In this document: positions 51,669-64,000 of the stretch, in pieces
Layout: each line of letters begins with the position of its first letter
Numbering within the stretch: position 1 is the stretch's first letter
Origin: Octopus sinensis
Lineage: Eukaryota
Direction: 5' to 3'
DNA length: 64,000 nt
Assembly (NCBI RefSeq): GCF_006345805.1
Contig: NC_043006.1
Location: forward strand, 74,338,001 to 74,402,000
Translations under genes and position numbers: made by a program
The notes under the pieces: generated by a model
Seen by the model: the letters and a program-made list of their open reading frames with translations, nothing else
Told to the model about the DNA's origin: nothing
The model's database searches: none

Positions 51669-53173
51669 ACCCCCACCTCTCTCCCAGTTCAGACTTCAAA
51701 TAATCCAATGAACTACGATCTCGGTATCCAGACAAATAAGATGCCTGAATGTCGTCGTTCCATTTACTAGAAATAGCAGCCAATCACATCAACAGTATTA
51801 AAGTAAACGACATGGCAGATCGTAGACATACTGTGTACGGAAACAAATAAGGTTACAAAAGAGACTAAACGGTCACGTATGCTTTATTTTGTATCATATG
51901 TTTCCTTGTTCAGATGCGACCTGGAATTATATAGTAACAATAGTTATCTCTTTAGAACAATACATTAATACCTGTACAAGTGAACAATATGTCATGTGTA
52001 TTTTTGCATGAACCTGTATGTGTGGGAGTGTTGCGTGGGTAGTGTTGTTGTTATTGGCTGCTGTGCTGACTGGTCAAGTTGATGAATGAAAATATGTTTC
52101 TTGAGTTGTGTGAAGAAAGAACTGAACAACAGACATGAACATTTAGAAGAAGATTTTATTTTAGCAAATAAAAACAAACTATGTTGGCCTTTTATAGATA
52201 ACAACAGCAATAATTACATCCTGGGAGAAAGCGATACTGCATGGAGGTTAAGGCAAGCTACTGATATGGCAACATGTGGTTTGCCCGAGATAACTGGAAG
52301 CAACTGTACTACATTTGTGACAATGGAGGTTCCTGTTATTTATCTGTGCTCATGTGTCTTAGCTACCTTCCTGGGTCATCTTGCTGTCAAAATGCTCGCT
52401 GTCTGGTGTGGCATATATTAACGGTTTCAAATTTTAGCACATAAACTATTTTAACTATTTAAAAATGTTTCAGTTTCAAAGCTGCGGTCATGCTAGGGTG
52501 ACGAAAGATTTTGCATGAGTAAACCATAAGAGCATGGGTGAGTCCATTACATCGACTCTCAGTGCTCCACGAACACTCATTTTATGGAGTCCGAAACGAT
52601 GAAAGGTAAATTCGATCTCTGTGGAATTTGAAATCTATACGTTAAGAGTCAGAATGAATACCGCTAAATAATTTGTCTGACGCGCTTACAATTCTGCCGG
52701 TTTATCTTGCCCACCTACACACATACACACACACACTTAGTTGACATAATACAAATAACTCGTATATTACTTGTTCACTAAAAATATTCAGAGAAATATA
52801 TTAATCTCCTAAAATATTTCTCATTATGAACATATCAGGCGCAGCCAAATGGAACTTGCAATTTTCGGCCGTCATTATTTCTTTTAATATATATATTTCT
52901 ATTTTTTACAGTGTTCGGTAAACGAATAAAACCCGTTTCACTGCGAAATAAAATCATTCATATCTCTTAAACCTGTGTCACGTTCCCAGCATTAAGTAAT
53001 GATTACTCCATTTTACCCGACGATTCAACTGCATGTACAATGAACGGCTTGGACAGCAAAATTATAGTACTGAAATTCTAACTTTATATTCCTGAAGCTA
53101 ATATATTAATCACTCAACTTCTCACTTGTTATTCATAAAATTACAATACAATACCATAACTTTTGTTTCAAAG

Positions 53174-53255
53174 TAAATGTGTGAAGTGTGGTATGGGTGA
53201 AGAAAATCTCGAGAAGGAAGACCTGATGCACATCAAAGTGATAAAGATAAAGAAG
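53174..53255 (+). CDS. Candidate isolated internal exon, unidentified protein
   Basis: TTTTGTTTCAAAG acceptor, open frame KCVKCGMGEENLEKEDLMHIKVIKIKK, AAG|GTACGT donor; no recognisable homology. Confidence 0.2.
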
Positions 53256-54021
53256 GTACGTTCATAAAATTTCAACATAAACACTTGCCGCGTATAATAA
53301 AATGAAATGAAGGCCTTAAGATAGCTTAAAGCAAATGGAAGCTTTTGTACACAAACAATCAATTGTGCCTGTGTTTTATGTGTATTGACATGGCACATGC
53401 TGCGAAGAGAATGTTTGTTCCCTGGGCACTTAAGACAGGAAATTGAGCTAATCGATGAATAGAATTTCAATTTTCTTTGTATAAAGATTTTGTCCTGGAT
53501 TTTCAAGAAATAAACGTAGTAGTTATTTGAGCGTCATTATAGCAATGGATAACTAAACTTGAGTGAGTATATGTAACTAAGTAGTCACTATTAGTCCGGT
53601 GTCATACGCTATAATTCGACTACATATATATTATACCTATGAGGATGAACATTATAAGTGTGTATACATACGTTTTTGCGTTTTTCCTGCATACGGTGCT
53701 GTTGTCTCTGATATTTATCATTCCAACATTTATATCTAAGAATGGAAGGACGTTATGTCATGACTTTTATACTAGAGCTGTGTTGGATCATAAATGTAAG
53801 GGCGAAACTCTTTACAAGATATTTTTTAAGACGATAGGTATTTTTGTCTGTATTTATTGTAATAAACATATGACCAGCGTACGTGATGCAGATAGTATGA
53901 GTTTGTATATTAAAAAAATTTCCCGTGTTAATCATGTAGGTGAAGTGTTCAGCCTTTGTGGCCAACCACAGATGTTAGCTGTAGAATCTACGCATGTTTA
54001 TTATAATTGCTTAACTTCTTG

Positions 54022-54222
54022 ACACTGGTGCCAAGCTATATCGGCCTTTGTCTTTCCCTTGGATAACATCGGCGGCCTGGAGAGGGGAGGCTGGTATGCA
54101 TGGACGACTACTAGTCTTCCATAAACAAACTTACCCGGACTTGTACTTCGGAGGGTAACTTTCTAGGTGCAATCCCATGGTCATTCGTGACCGAAGGGGG
54201 TCTCTGAATAACTTCCCGTATG
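54022..54222 (+). mobile_element. 3' fragment of the family B variant tail
   Basis: Homologous to about 8960-9081. Confidence 0.65.
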
Positions 54223-54885
54223 CTGCTTCCAATGCGATGAAGACAATCGTTAGATTTAGATTTTGACATAAAAATTCACATCTCCGTTTAATATGTTCTT
54301 TAAAATCGATTAAATACAAACCGATTAAAAACCGAATGAAAATTACAGGGGTCTTTTTCTAAATGCAATTTATTTATTAATTTGAATTTTTATAGAGTTG
54401 TTGTCGAAGGAAAATTATTGGGTAAACACGAGGTTCCAAAAATACTGTGGAATGGTGTTCTTATTGATTAGCAAGATACAATAGAATTGTATGATGAGGT
54501 CGGGTATGAAAGGTAGATGCAGGAGCTTTTTCTACGGATGCAAGAAATTATTCTACGAAGTGATGATTGGTACACAATAAGCAAAAATCAAGAAGTTAAA
54601 AACCGTATGGAAAGACTGTTGAAACCATAGCAAAGACTTCAAAGGAACTAGGATGTTGAACAATTATACGAAAAGTTTTTGCTGGAATGAAGACTTGAAT
54701 AATGTGCGGAGATAGAAAGCAAATGTACGGTTGTATTTGTTGTTATTTAGCATGAAATTAGATTGTGGTTCTCAAACAGACCAAGGATTAAACCATATTA
54801 CATCTCTCTCTCTTTCTTTCATTCTCTCTTTCTCTCGCTATACACACACGCACACATACACATGTTTATATATATACATATACGT

Positions 54886-55255
54886 GGCACTCCGTCGGTT
54901 ACAACGACGAGAGTTCCAGTTGATCCGATCAACGGCACAGCCTGCTCGTGAAATTAACGTTCAGGTGGTTGAGCACTCCACAGACACGACTGTCCTTAAC
55001 GTAGATCTCGGGGAGATTCAGTGTGACAAGGCTGGCCCTTTGAAATACTGTAACCACAGAAACAGGAAGAAAGAGGGAGAGAAAGTTGTGGTGAAAGAAT
55101 AGAATACAGTAGGGTTCGCCAGCACCACCCCTGCCGGAACCTCGTGGGGCTTTAGGTGCTTTCGCTCAATAAACTCTCACGACGCCCGGTCTGGGAATCG
55201 AAACCGCGATCCTACGACGCGAGTCCGCCGCCCTAATCATTGGGCCATTACTCCT
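54886..55255 (-). mobile_element. SINE family B
   Basis: Homologous to 38480-38858. Confidence 0.85.
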
Positions 55256-55275
55256 CAACTCACACATATACACAC

Positions 55276-55314
<39 letters not shown>

Positions 55315-55321
55315 TATATAT

Positions 55322-55355
<34 letters not shown>

Positions 55356-55361
55356 ATAAAC

Positions 55362-55625
55362 TGGCACTCGATTGTGACAATGAGTGTTGCACTTGATCCG
55401 ATCAAGGGAACATCCTGTTAATGGAATTAATATGCAAGTAGCTGAGTACTCCACAGACACGCATACCCTTAACGCAGATCACAGAGTACAGAATGTGACA
55501 TGGCTGGCCCTTTGAAATACATATACTACTCATTTTTGATTGCTGAGTGGACCGGAGCAACGTGAAATAAAATATCTTGCCCAAGGATACAACACACCAC
55601 TGGGAATGAACACGTAGCCTTACGA
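55362..55625 (-). mobile_element. SINE family B, diverged
   Basis: Homologous to the reverse complement of 9765-10071. Confidence 0.65.
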
Positions 55626-56904
55626 TAGTCTGCCTAGAATGGAGAGATTGTATTGTTAGTACGCTTTTAGAAAATATTTAACATTGTTTTGGTGAGACCA
55701 TACAAGAACCGGGCCTATAAACTATTCTTCGGTGCTGAAATTAACTCACGAAATTATTTGCTGAAAACTTGTGATAATTCATGTGCCACAAGAGAGTAAT
55801 TTGGTGATATCGATAAAACATGGTAGCAGCCGCCTTGCTCTGGGATAATCACTGTCTGTCTATTAGTTGCTTTATTCTAGTAAGAAGGGTGATATTAAAG
55901 AATAGTCTCGCAAAAATTCTGTTTGAGATAAAATTATTTCAGTCGATATATAAAACTAGCCAATAACGAATTTTGGTTATTTGATTAGTGTAGAAATGTG
56001 CACATAACATAAAAATTGGGTAACTGATCGATTGATATAAATATGAAGATGCTTCTCTGAAATGATCTTTTACTGTTGAAATGGAATCTACTTATCTAGC
56101 ATCTTCTAAGCTGTTTTATTAGATACACACAGGAATATGACAAGAGAGGAAATAAATATGTGATAGAAATGAATGAAAACGCGCGATGGTTGTGGTCTTC
56201 GAAGACGATGACTTCAGAAGGGGATGATTGGGAAATAGATGTGCTCGCTGCACGGAGAAAAGATACGACCGAAGACATGTTAGTACTTTGAGCAGTTCGG
56301 AGAGAGAGAAATTAAATATATATATAAACAGAATTGGATGGGGTGAGAGAGAGGCAGAGTAATTGGAAATGTTTGATCCGATATCCAGATAAAAGACATG
56401 AGTGAGTAGACTACAAATGCACAGATACGAAGTTTCGAAAAAAGCGTTGCGTAAAGAATGTATCAGAGACAAACTGAAAGATGCGTGTCTTGCAGAGGCA
56501 TAGAATGTGTGGTAAGGAATAATGCGTGGGATCTAGTTCGGATCAGATCTTAGTTATGACTTCAGTTTTAATTTTTGAAATCTAGGAAAGAATTAACGAT
56601 ATTCGTGCGCGATGTGATACTCCTCCGTGGAAACATTTGCTCAAACGTGTACAACAGACTAAATAGGGTACATGAATATATCCATAGTGTGTACGTTCCC
56701 TTATAATTTCGGCAAATCAAAATTGAATCCTTTACAAAAATGGAAATAATAATTGTGAGCGTATTATATTCAGTACTCAGACGCACTACAATTCGATAGT
56801 AAATGGTTAAAGTGGCGACAGAAAACTGCAATAACTAACAAATTCTAAGGCTCACGCACAGTACACTTAATAAAACACAGAGGAGCAGAATCGTGGACAG
56901 TAAG

Positions 56905-57220
56905 TGGAGGCGCAATGGCCCAGTGGTTAGGGCAGCGAACTTGCGGTCGGAGGATCGCTGTTTCGATTCTCAAACCGAGCATTGTGTGTGTTTATTGAGC
57001 AAAAATACCTAAAGCTCCACGAGGGTCAGGCAGGGGGTGGTAGCGACCGCTGTTGTACTCTTTCGCCCCAACTTTCTTTCATTCTTTCCTCCTGTTTCTT
57101 GGGTAACGCTGCAATGGACTGCCGTCCCGTCCAACTGGGGGGAACACATACGCCATAGAAACCGGGAGACCGGGCCCATGAACCTGGCTAGGCTTGAAAA
57201 GGGCGCATAAATAAAAAATA
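56905..57220 (+). mobile_element. SINE family B head with a different 3' tail
   Basis: GGAGGCGCAATGGCCCAGTGGTTAGGG head; tail GAAAAGGGCGCATAAATAAA also present inverted at about 2062-2135. Confidence 0.75.
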
Positions 57221-57934
57221 AAAGAACAATAAAGAAGAAAGATGCATATGTACGTAAAGAGTAGTGATGGCGAATTTTGTGAAGCATGGGAATTTGGAAA
57301 TATGCAGTTTTCTGACAGCTAACAAGAGTCCAGCATATTGTATTCAATACCTCGGCGATTTTGTGCGAAAAATAAGGTTTCTGAAATCATGGTTGCTGAG
57401 CTGTTTTCGTTTCTTTATATTTTACATTTTACAATTCTCTTTAAGTTATACCAGTAATTTATATGGCTGGTTTTCTATAACAAATGAATGGTTGATAAGT
57501 CGACATGTTAAGAGAAATCTAGTAAATAAACAGTTAAAGAAGGGAACAACCTGAGGTTTAAAACGGTGCGTTCTAATACCGAGTGTACGGCAGATTATGA
57601 TTTTCTTTACTCAAAACTACATAAATTACTTTGTCAATTTATTATCTGTTAAGCAGATATAAGTATTTACCAGCCTCAAGGTATCATATGGTCTTCAGTT
57701 ATGTAGAATATATAAGCATCCATTTAAATAAGCTTTGATTTGACGAGTATCATATGCAAAATTTATTTGTGTAGTAAACATGGTATTTTCATGCGTTAAA
57801 GCAAGGCGGTGGTGAACGACCAGTCTATGTTATCTATATGCCTAAAATATAAAAGAGAATATGTTTGTGAGTAGAAAGACAGATAGACAGACAGACAGAG
57901 AGACAGATAGACAGACTAATATACGGATAGATAG

Positions 57935-57987
<53 letters not shown>

Positions 57988-58324
57988 CAGAAAAATAACG
58001 AAGAAAGAAGGATGATGACAATGATAATAATGATGAAATACGATAGTGATGATGATGTGGAAGGTTAAGAAGAATGAGATGCTGTTGAAGATGATTTTCA
58101 TATTTCAGAGAAAATATTTTGCTTTCTTTTTATTCCATTTTTTTTCATCTCACCAGCATGTATGAAAGCTACTTTTAGTAAATTAAGCTTAAGAAATATC
58201 TGAAAAATATCAAAGGTAAAATAAAAACAAAAACATTAAAAGCCAATAGTGCTGACGATCCGTAAAATAAAAATTTTCAAAGAATATCATTTTGAATGGC
58301 TATACATTAACTTTCATGTATAGA

Positions 58325-58483
58325 CTTATTTACATATATATATTTATGTGTGTGTATATATATATATATATATATAAATATATGTGTGTGTGTGTGTATA
58401 TATATATATGTGTGTGTATATATATATATATGTGTGTGTGTGTGTAATATATATATATATATGTGTGTGTATATATATATATA

Positions 58484-58530
<47 letters not shown>

Positions 58531-58599
58531 ATATATGTGTATATATATATATATATGCGTGTGTGTGTGTATATATATACATATATATATATAACTGTA

Positions 58600-58657
<58 letters not shown>
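58325..58657. repeat. Compound (TA)/(TG) microsatellite
   Basis: Direct inspection. Confidence 0.95.
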
Positions 58658-58849
58658 AAGTATATTTGTTTCTTAAATGTGGCTAACCACTAAGGGTGGA
58701 TGATACTGTAGCTTGTAGCCCCAGGAGAACATCTTCTCCAGCTGGCTATTGACACACTTTCTGTGCCCTATCTGACAAATATACTTCACATTGTCGTGCA
58801 GCTACTGTTTATACCTCGTTCAGAGATTTATTATGGCTTATATATATAT

Positions 58850-59900
58850 ATATATTAAATTAGAGATAAAACCACTATTAGGCAAATCAAACAGTGAAAA
58901 TCATAAGCCAATACATAGAAATAAAATTAATTAAAAAAATATAAAAGTTAAAATTTAAAAATTATTTAAATAATTTAAACTTATAAATTTTAAATATATA
59001 TATATATATATATATTATTTAATTAATTTATTTATTTTTTAAATTATATAAATATCAAAAAGTATTTAAAATTTAATAAAAGATAAAGAGTAAAAACACT
59101 ACGATCGTTTCATGGCTGTAACCAATTTGAATAACAATAATTTAAATTCAATTAATAATTCGAATTATGGTTACAGTCAATCTTCAGGTTAATTGTAATA
59201 TTTTAATAAATAATCAGAAATATTTAAACAATATTTTTAAGAAATAAATAATATGATAATTATACTTATAAAAAAATTTTATTATCAAACTAGAAACTTA
59301 AAACTTAACGATTATGATTATATCAAACCATCTATTATAATGTTAAATATTAATTTTAATTTTTAAGTATTAATTTTTAAGGTAAGAAACCCACCAATAA
59401 TTTAATATCTGTAATAGTCAATATCTAATTACATAAATATTTTACAAAAAAAAGACTATTATATATAAATTATTAATGAAAATATATAAATGTATATAAA
59501 TATTATAATTAAGATCTAAAATAATCACTATAAATAAATATATATGCACATATAATAAAGACCTAATAAATTATTTTTTCATATTTAAAGATGAAATAGC
59601 TAATTTCAAAAATACAAACAAATAATCTTAAACGAACGCTGTAACATATTAACTATCTTTATATCTCGTTGGCTAAATAATAACTTTCGGAAATCTTATA
59701 TTTAAAATACTTAAAGAAATAATCAATTCGTAGTTATATAGTATCAAATAAATATTATAAATACTATAAATATATTTATCAATGGGAATAAAACTAGCAA
59801 ATATCAATTTAAAAAGACAATATATAAGTTAAAATAATAATTATAAGAAATTTAAAACTACGATTAATGCTATTAATACATGTATATACATAAACCTAAC
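58850..59900 (+). mobile_element. Heavily decayed Penelope-like element: inverted pLTR plus GIY-YIG endonuclease relic
   Basis: Frameshifted plus-strand remnants NN-EIFKQ (59209-59231) and QTNN/LNERCN (59615-59645) resemble PLE GIY-YIG regions; minus-strand HHR just upstream; (TA)n flank. Confidence 0.5.
59090..59195 (-). ncRNA. Decayed hammerhead ribozyme in an inverted PLE pseudo-LTR
   Basis: Minus strand: CTGAAGA (59181-59187), 9-bp stem II CTGTAACCA/TGGTTACAG, GAAA-CGATCG-TA with palindromic stem III; stem I largely lost. Confidence 0.6.
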
Positions 59901-60681
59901 TTTAAACAACTCGTATACTTGCTATCAAACAACATATCTATCGCTAAGTAAAATCTTACGAATAAAATTAAAGTTAATATCTAATAATTATATGGAAAAT
60001 TACGATAATTAGATCATTACATACACAACGATATTTACATAAAAAAAACAATATTATTACACTTATAAAATATTAAAATTTATATACACCTCCCCTTCTC
60101 CCCTTCCAGTTTTTTCTCACTTATCCTATCTCCAATTTTTTCCTCTCCCCTTCAAAGTTCTCTGTCACTCTCTCTCCATCACTCTTCCTCCCTTGCTCAC
60201 GTTGCTCTCACGTGACCATCGGCCTTCTTTCTTCTCCTAACTTGTGTTTCTTTCTTTCTCTCCGTTGTAGATGGATCAAGGATTACGTGTTCTTGCCTTC
60301 TCCTGTCCAAAGTTGATTTTCGCGTTCGCCACCACAACCTCGATTAGGCTTAGCAGTGGTTCCTGTTTGTTTTCACTGTCCTGTTTTTGTTACCAATTTT
60401 GACCCTCCGTAAAATCCCAAATTTAGTTTAATTTGCTTTGCGGGAGAAAATGTATTATCTAAAGCGTATCTTGTTAAATGTTCAAAATACGTGAGTAGAA
60501 AAACTGCTAATAACTGATGAAGGGTCGTTCTTTGCGTTCTTTGCCTCGTTTTCCATATGTGTTTTTCGTTGTTCGAAAAATAGTTCATATTCAATGTACT
60601 TGTACTTCATATTTTTGTTGTACACGTTTCGTGACGTCCTGTGCTCCCACCCACACACACACACACTCACATATATATATT

Positions 60682-61102
60682 TACTCTCTTTACTCTTTTT
60701 CTTGTTTCAGTCATTTTACTGTGGCCATGCTGGAGCTCCGCTTTTAGTCGAGCAAATCGATCCCAGGACTTCTTCTTTGTAAGTTTTGTATTTATTCTGT
60801 CGGCCTCTTTTGCCGAACTGCTAAGTTACGGAGACGTAAACACACCAGCATCGGTTGTCAAGCGATTTTGGGGGGCCAAACACAGACACACAAGCATATA
60901 CACAGACACACACACACACATATATATATATATATGTATATATACAGGCTTCTGTCAGTTTCTGTCAACCAAATCCACTCACAAGGCTTTGGTCGGCCCG
61001 AGGCTATAGTAGAAGACACTTGCCCAAGGTGCCACGCAGTGGGACTGAACCCGGAACCATATGGGTCGTTAGCAAGCTACTTACCACACAGCCACTGCTA
61101 CG
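60682..61102 (-). mobile_element. SINE family A
   Basis: Homologous to 32132-32545. Confidence 0.85.
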
Positions 61103-61133
61103 TATATATATATATGTATGTATGTATGTATGT

Positions 61134-61167
<34 letters not shown>

Positions 61168-61252
61168 GTATATATATATATATATGTATGTATGTATATA
61201 TGTATGTATATATATATATATATGTATGTATATATATATGCATGCATGTATA

Positions 61253-61283
<31 letters not shown>

Positions 61284-61344
61284 TTATATATATGTATGTA
61301 TGTATATATATATGGATGTATGTATATATATATATGTATGTATG

Positions 61345-61411
<67 letters not shown>

Positions 61412-61698
61412 ATGTATGTATGTATATACAAAATGAGAAAATGGAGAAACATACCTAAATCAATCATCAACCATCAGATAATACCCAATCAATACTTTAT
61501 TGAACCATTACACAACAGTAATGACATTATACATAATATATTACAAATATAACAAGACATATGTATGTATATATATATATATTATGTATGTATTTATGTA
61601 TGTATATATATATATATATGTATGTATATAGATATCTATGTATATATATATGTATGTATATATATATATGTATGTATGTATATATATATATATGTATG

Positions 61699-61734
<36 letters not shown>

Positions 61735-61898
61735 ATATATATATATATATGTATGTAGTATATATATATATGTATGTATGTATATATATATATGTATGTA
61801 TTATGTATGTATGTTTATATATATGTATGTATGTATATATATATTATGGATGTATGTATATATATATATGTATGTATGTATGTATATATATATATATA

Positions 61899-61940
<42 letters not shown>

Positions 61941-62110
61941 ATATATGTATGTTGTATATACAAAATGAGAAAATGGAGAAACATACCTAAATCAATCATC
62001 AACCATCAGATAATACCCAATCAATACTTTATTGAACCATTACACAACAGTAATGACATTATACATAATATATTACAAATATAACAAGACATATGTATGT
62101 ATATATATAT
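61100..62110 (+). repeat. About 532-bp tandem duplication of (TA/TATG)n plus a unique about 135-bp segment
   Basis: CAAAATGAGAAAATGGAGAAACATACC...AAGACATATG is identical at 61429 and 61961. Confidence 0.85.
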
Positions 62111-63101
62111 ATATTATGTATGTATTTATGTATGTATATATTATATATATATATGTATGTGTATATATATATATATGTATATATATATGTATGTATATAT
62201 ATATATGTATGTATGTATATATATTATATGTATGTATGTATATATATATATATATATATATATAGGTATGTATGTATATAATATATATGTATATATATAT
62301 ATGTACATATGTATATATATGTATATATGTATATATACATATATATGTATATATACGTATTGATGTAAGTATGTATATATGCATATATATGTGTGTGTGT
62401 GTGTGCGTGTGCGTGCGTATGTATGTTTGTACGCATACCTAATTACATACATACATTAAATCGGCGAGCAGGCGAATTTGTCGCACTTGCTGTGCGGTAT
62501 TCGTTCTTGTTGCCACATCAATGTGAAACCTCCTTTTGAGTGCTATAAATATATCACGATTCTCTTATAAGGTGAGGTTAATCCTTCTTCTCTTCTTCTT
62601 TGTCCTTCTTCTTAACTTCTGCCTCCACCTCCACCTCCCCCGCGTTTCTTCTCCTCCCTTTGTCTCTGTTTGGAAGTAGATGTCAGTCTTTTCTCAGATT
62701 ATATAATACCCTGTTAAAAATTCGAAAGAACTCAGTTGTGCTTTGACCTGAAGATCGACGTGTTTTGTCAGCTTTAACCACCCAAAGCACAACGAACGTC
62801 TCAACCTTATATTTGTGATTCAATGTGTTCATAATACATCAGTTGTGTAGAAAAGAAATTTCAGATAGTAGATCAATATTTAATAGGCAGATATATTTTA
62901 CATAAGTTTCCACATATAACTAAAATGAAATCCAGTTGCTAGCAAACAAGGATAATCAGTAACTGTTTAACATGTGAATAACGAATGACATTTAACATAA
63001 ATTTAGTTAAAGGTGCAAACATATCTAATTACAACAGCATATCTCTTGATCGACACTATTTTGAATAAGGCAATTTGCATTCCCAAAGTGTACTTCGAAA
63101 A

Positions 63102-63146
<45 letters not shown>

Positions 63147-63411
63147 GATAATGTAATCTAAAGATTATATAAGCTATCTTGTTATACATTGTATCAGACT
63201 TTAGTTCTTTGGTATATTTCGGTGAGATCATATCTGGTTTTGAAAGAAAGGTTAAATGACTTTTGTATGGTTAAGGGGATAGCTTCAGTTTCAGATATAA
63301 ATAGTAAATTCATAATTAAATTAATATTGGCGCATCAATACACATTCATACAAGCGCACACATATACACTCACCCACATATAAATTGCTAGATACAGACA
63401 CACACCATACA

Positions 63412-63419
63412 TTTATATA

Positions 63420-63481
<62 letters not shown>

Positions 63482-63590
63482 TTATATTTATATATATATA
63501 TTTATATATAATATATTTATATATTATATTTATATTATATATATATATTTATATATAATATATTTATATATATATATATTTATATATATA

Positions 63591-63666
<76 letters not shown>

Positions 63667-63671
63667 TATAT

Positions 63672-63704
<33 letters not shown>

Positions 63705-64000
63705 TTATATATATATTTATATATATATATATTATAATATATTTATATATTTATATTTATATTTATATATATATATTATATTATATAATATATATATATA
63801 TATAATATATATTATATTTATATATATATATTTATATATATTATATTTATATATATTATATATATATATAATATATATTATATATATATTATATATATAT
63901 ATTTATATATATATATATATAATATATATATATTATATATATTATATATATATATATATTTATATATATTTATATATATATTATATATATATATAATATA
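63412..64000. repeat. Long interrupted (TA)n tract running off the window end
   Basis: About 590 bp, almost pure A/T. Confidence 0.95.

Noticed and set aside
52086-52421. 111-aa ORF
   Set aside because: No recognisable homology or splice context; the length is compatible with chance.
58850-60080. Mitochondrial insertion (NUMT) or control-region-like AT-rich DNA
   Set aside because: No mitochondrial gene or tRNA motifs were recognised; PLE remnants and an HHR explain it better.
60500-60585. CTGATGAAGGG as a hammerhead
   Set aside because: No properly placed GAAA-stem III-UH or stem I partner.
62735-62805. CTGAAGA with an 11-bp inverted repeat and GAACGTC
   Set aside because: GAAA is incomplete and the stem (GTTGTGCTTTG/CAAAGCACAAC) does not fit HHR topology.
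48-63383. Most ORFs in the six-frame track (poly-I/Y, H/T, D, L, S etc.)
   Set aside because: They are translations of (TA), (CA), (AAT), (GAT) and (TATC) microsatellites or of SINE bodies, with no protein-like composition or homology.

Overview
Eukaryotic, AT-rich, very repeat-dense window that looks intergenic or intronic. The SINE families and microsatellite load look like an Octopus (cephalopod) genome; this is pattern recognition, not a database result. No protein-coding gene can be supported, and nearly all ORFs in the six-frame track are microsatellite translations. It contains many tRNA-derived SINEs (three families), an (AAT)n-targeting retroposon, CR1 and R4/Dong LINE 3' fragments, Tc1/mariner, pogo-like and Merlin/hAT-like DNA elements, and decayed Penelope-like (PLE, GIY-YIG) ORFs. 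The main signal is a set of type I hammerhead ribozymes (HHRs) from at least four sequence families, nearly all in fold-back structures next to (TA)n or (AAT)n tracts: (1) a 529-bp tandem unit with one canonical HHR per unit, as head-to-head arrays at 4.1-5.8 kb (retrozyme/circRNA-like); (2) an HHR module at 3.75-3.93 kb apparently linked to a tRNA-derived Pol III head, whose 3' end recurs as a 47-bp TSD-flanked insertion at 43.0 kb; (3) a palindrome with 218-bp arms at 29.0-29.5 kb centred inside an HHR; (4) a decayed HHR inverted against a GIY-YIG relic at 59.1 kb. Most SINE boundaries are approximate (about +/-10 bp). Fold-backs could in principle be long-read assembly artefacts and need read-level confirmation.
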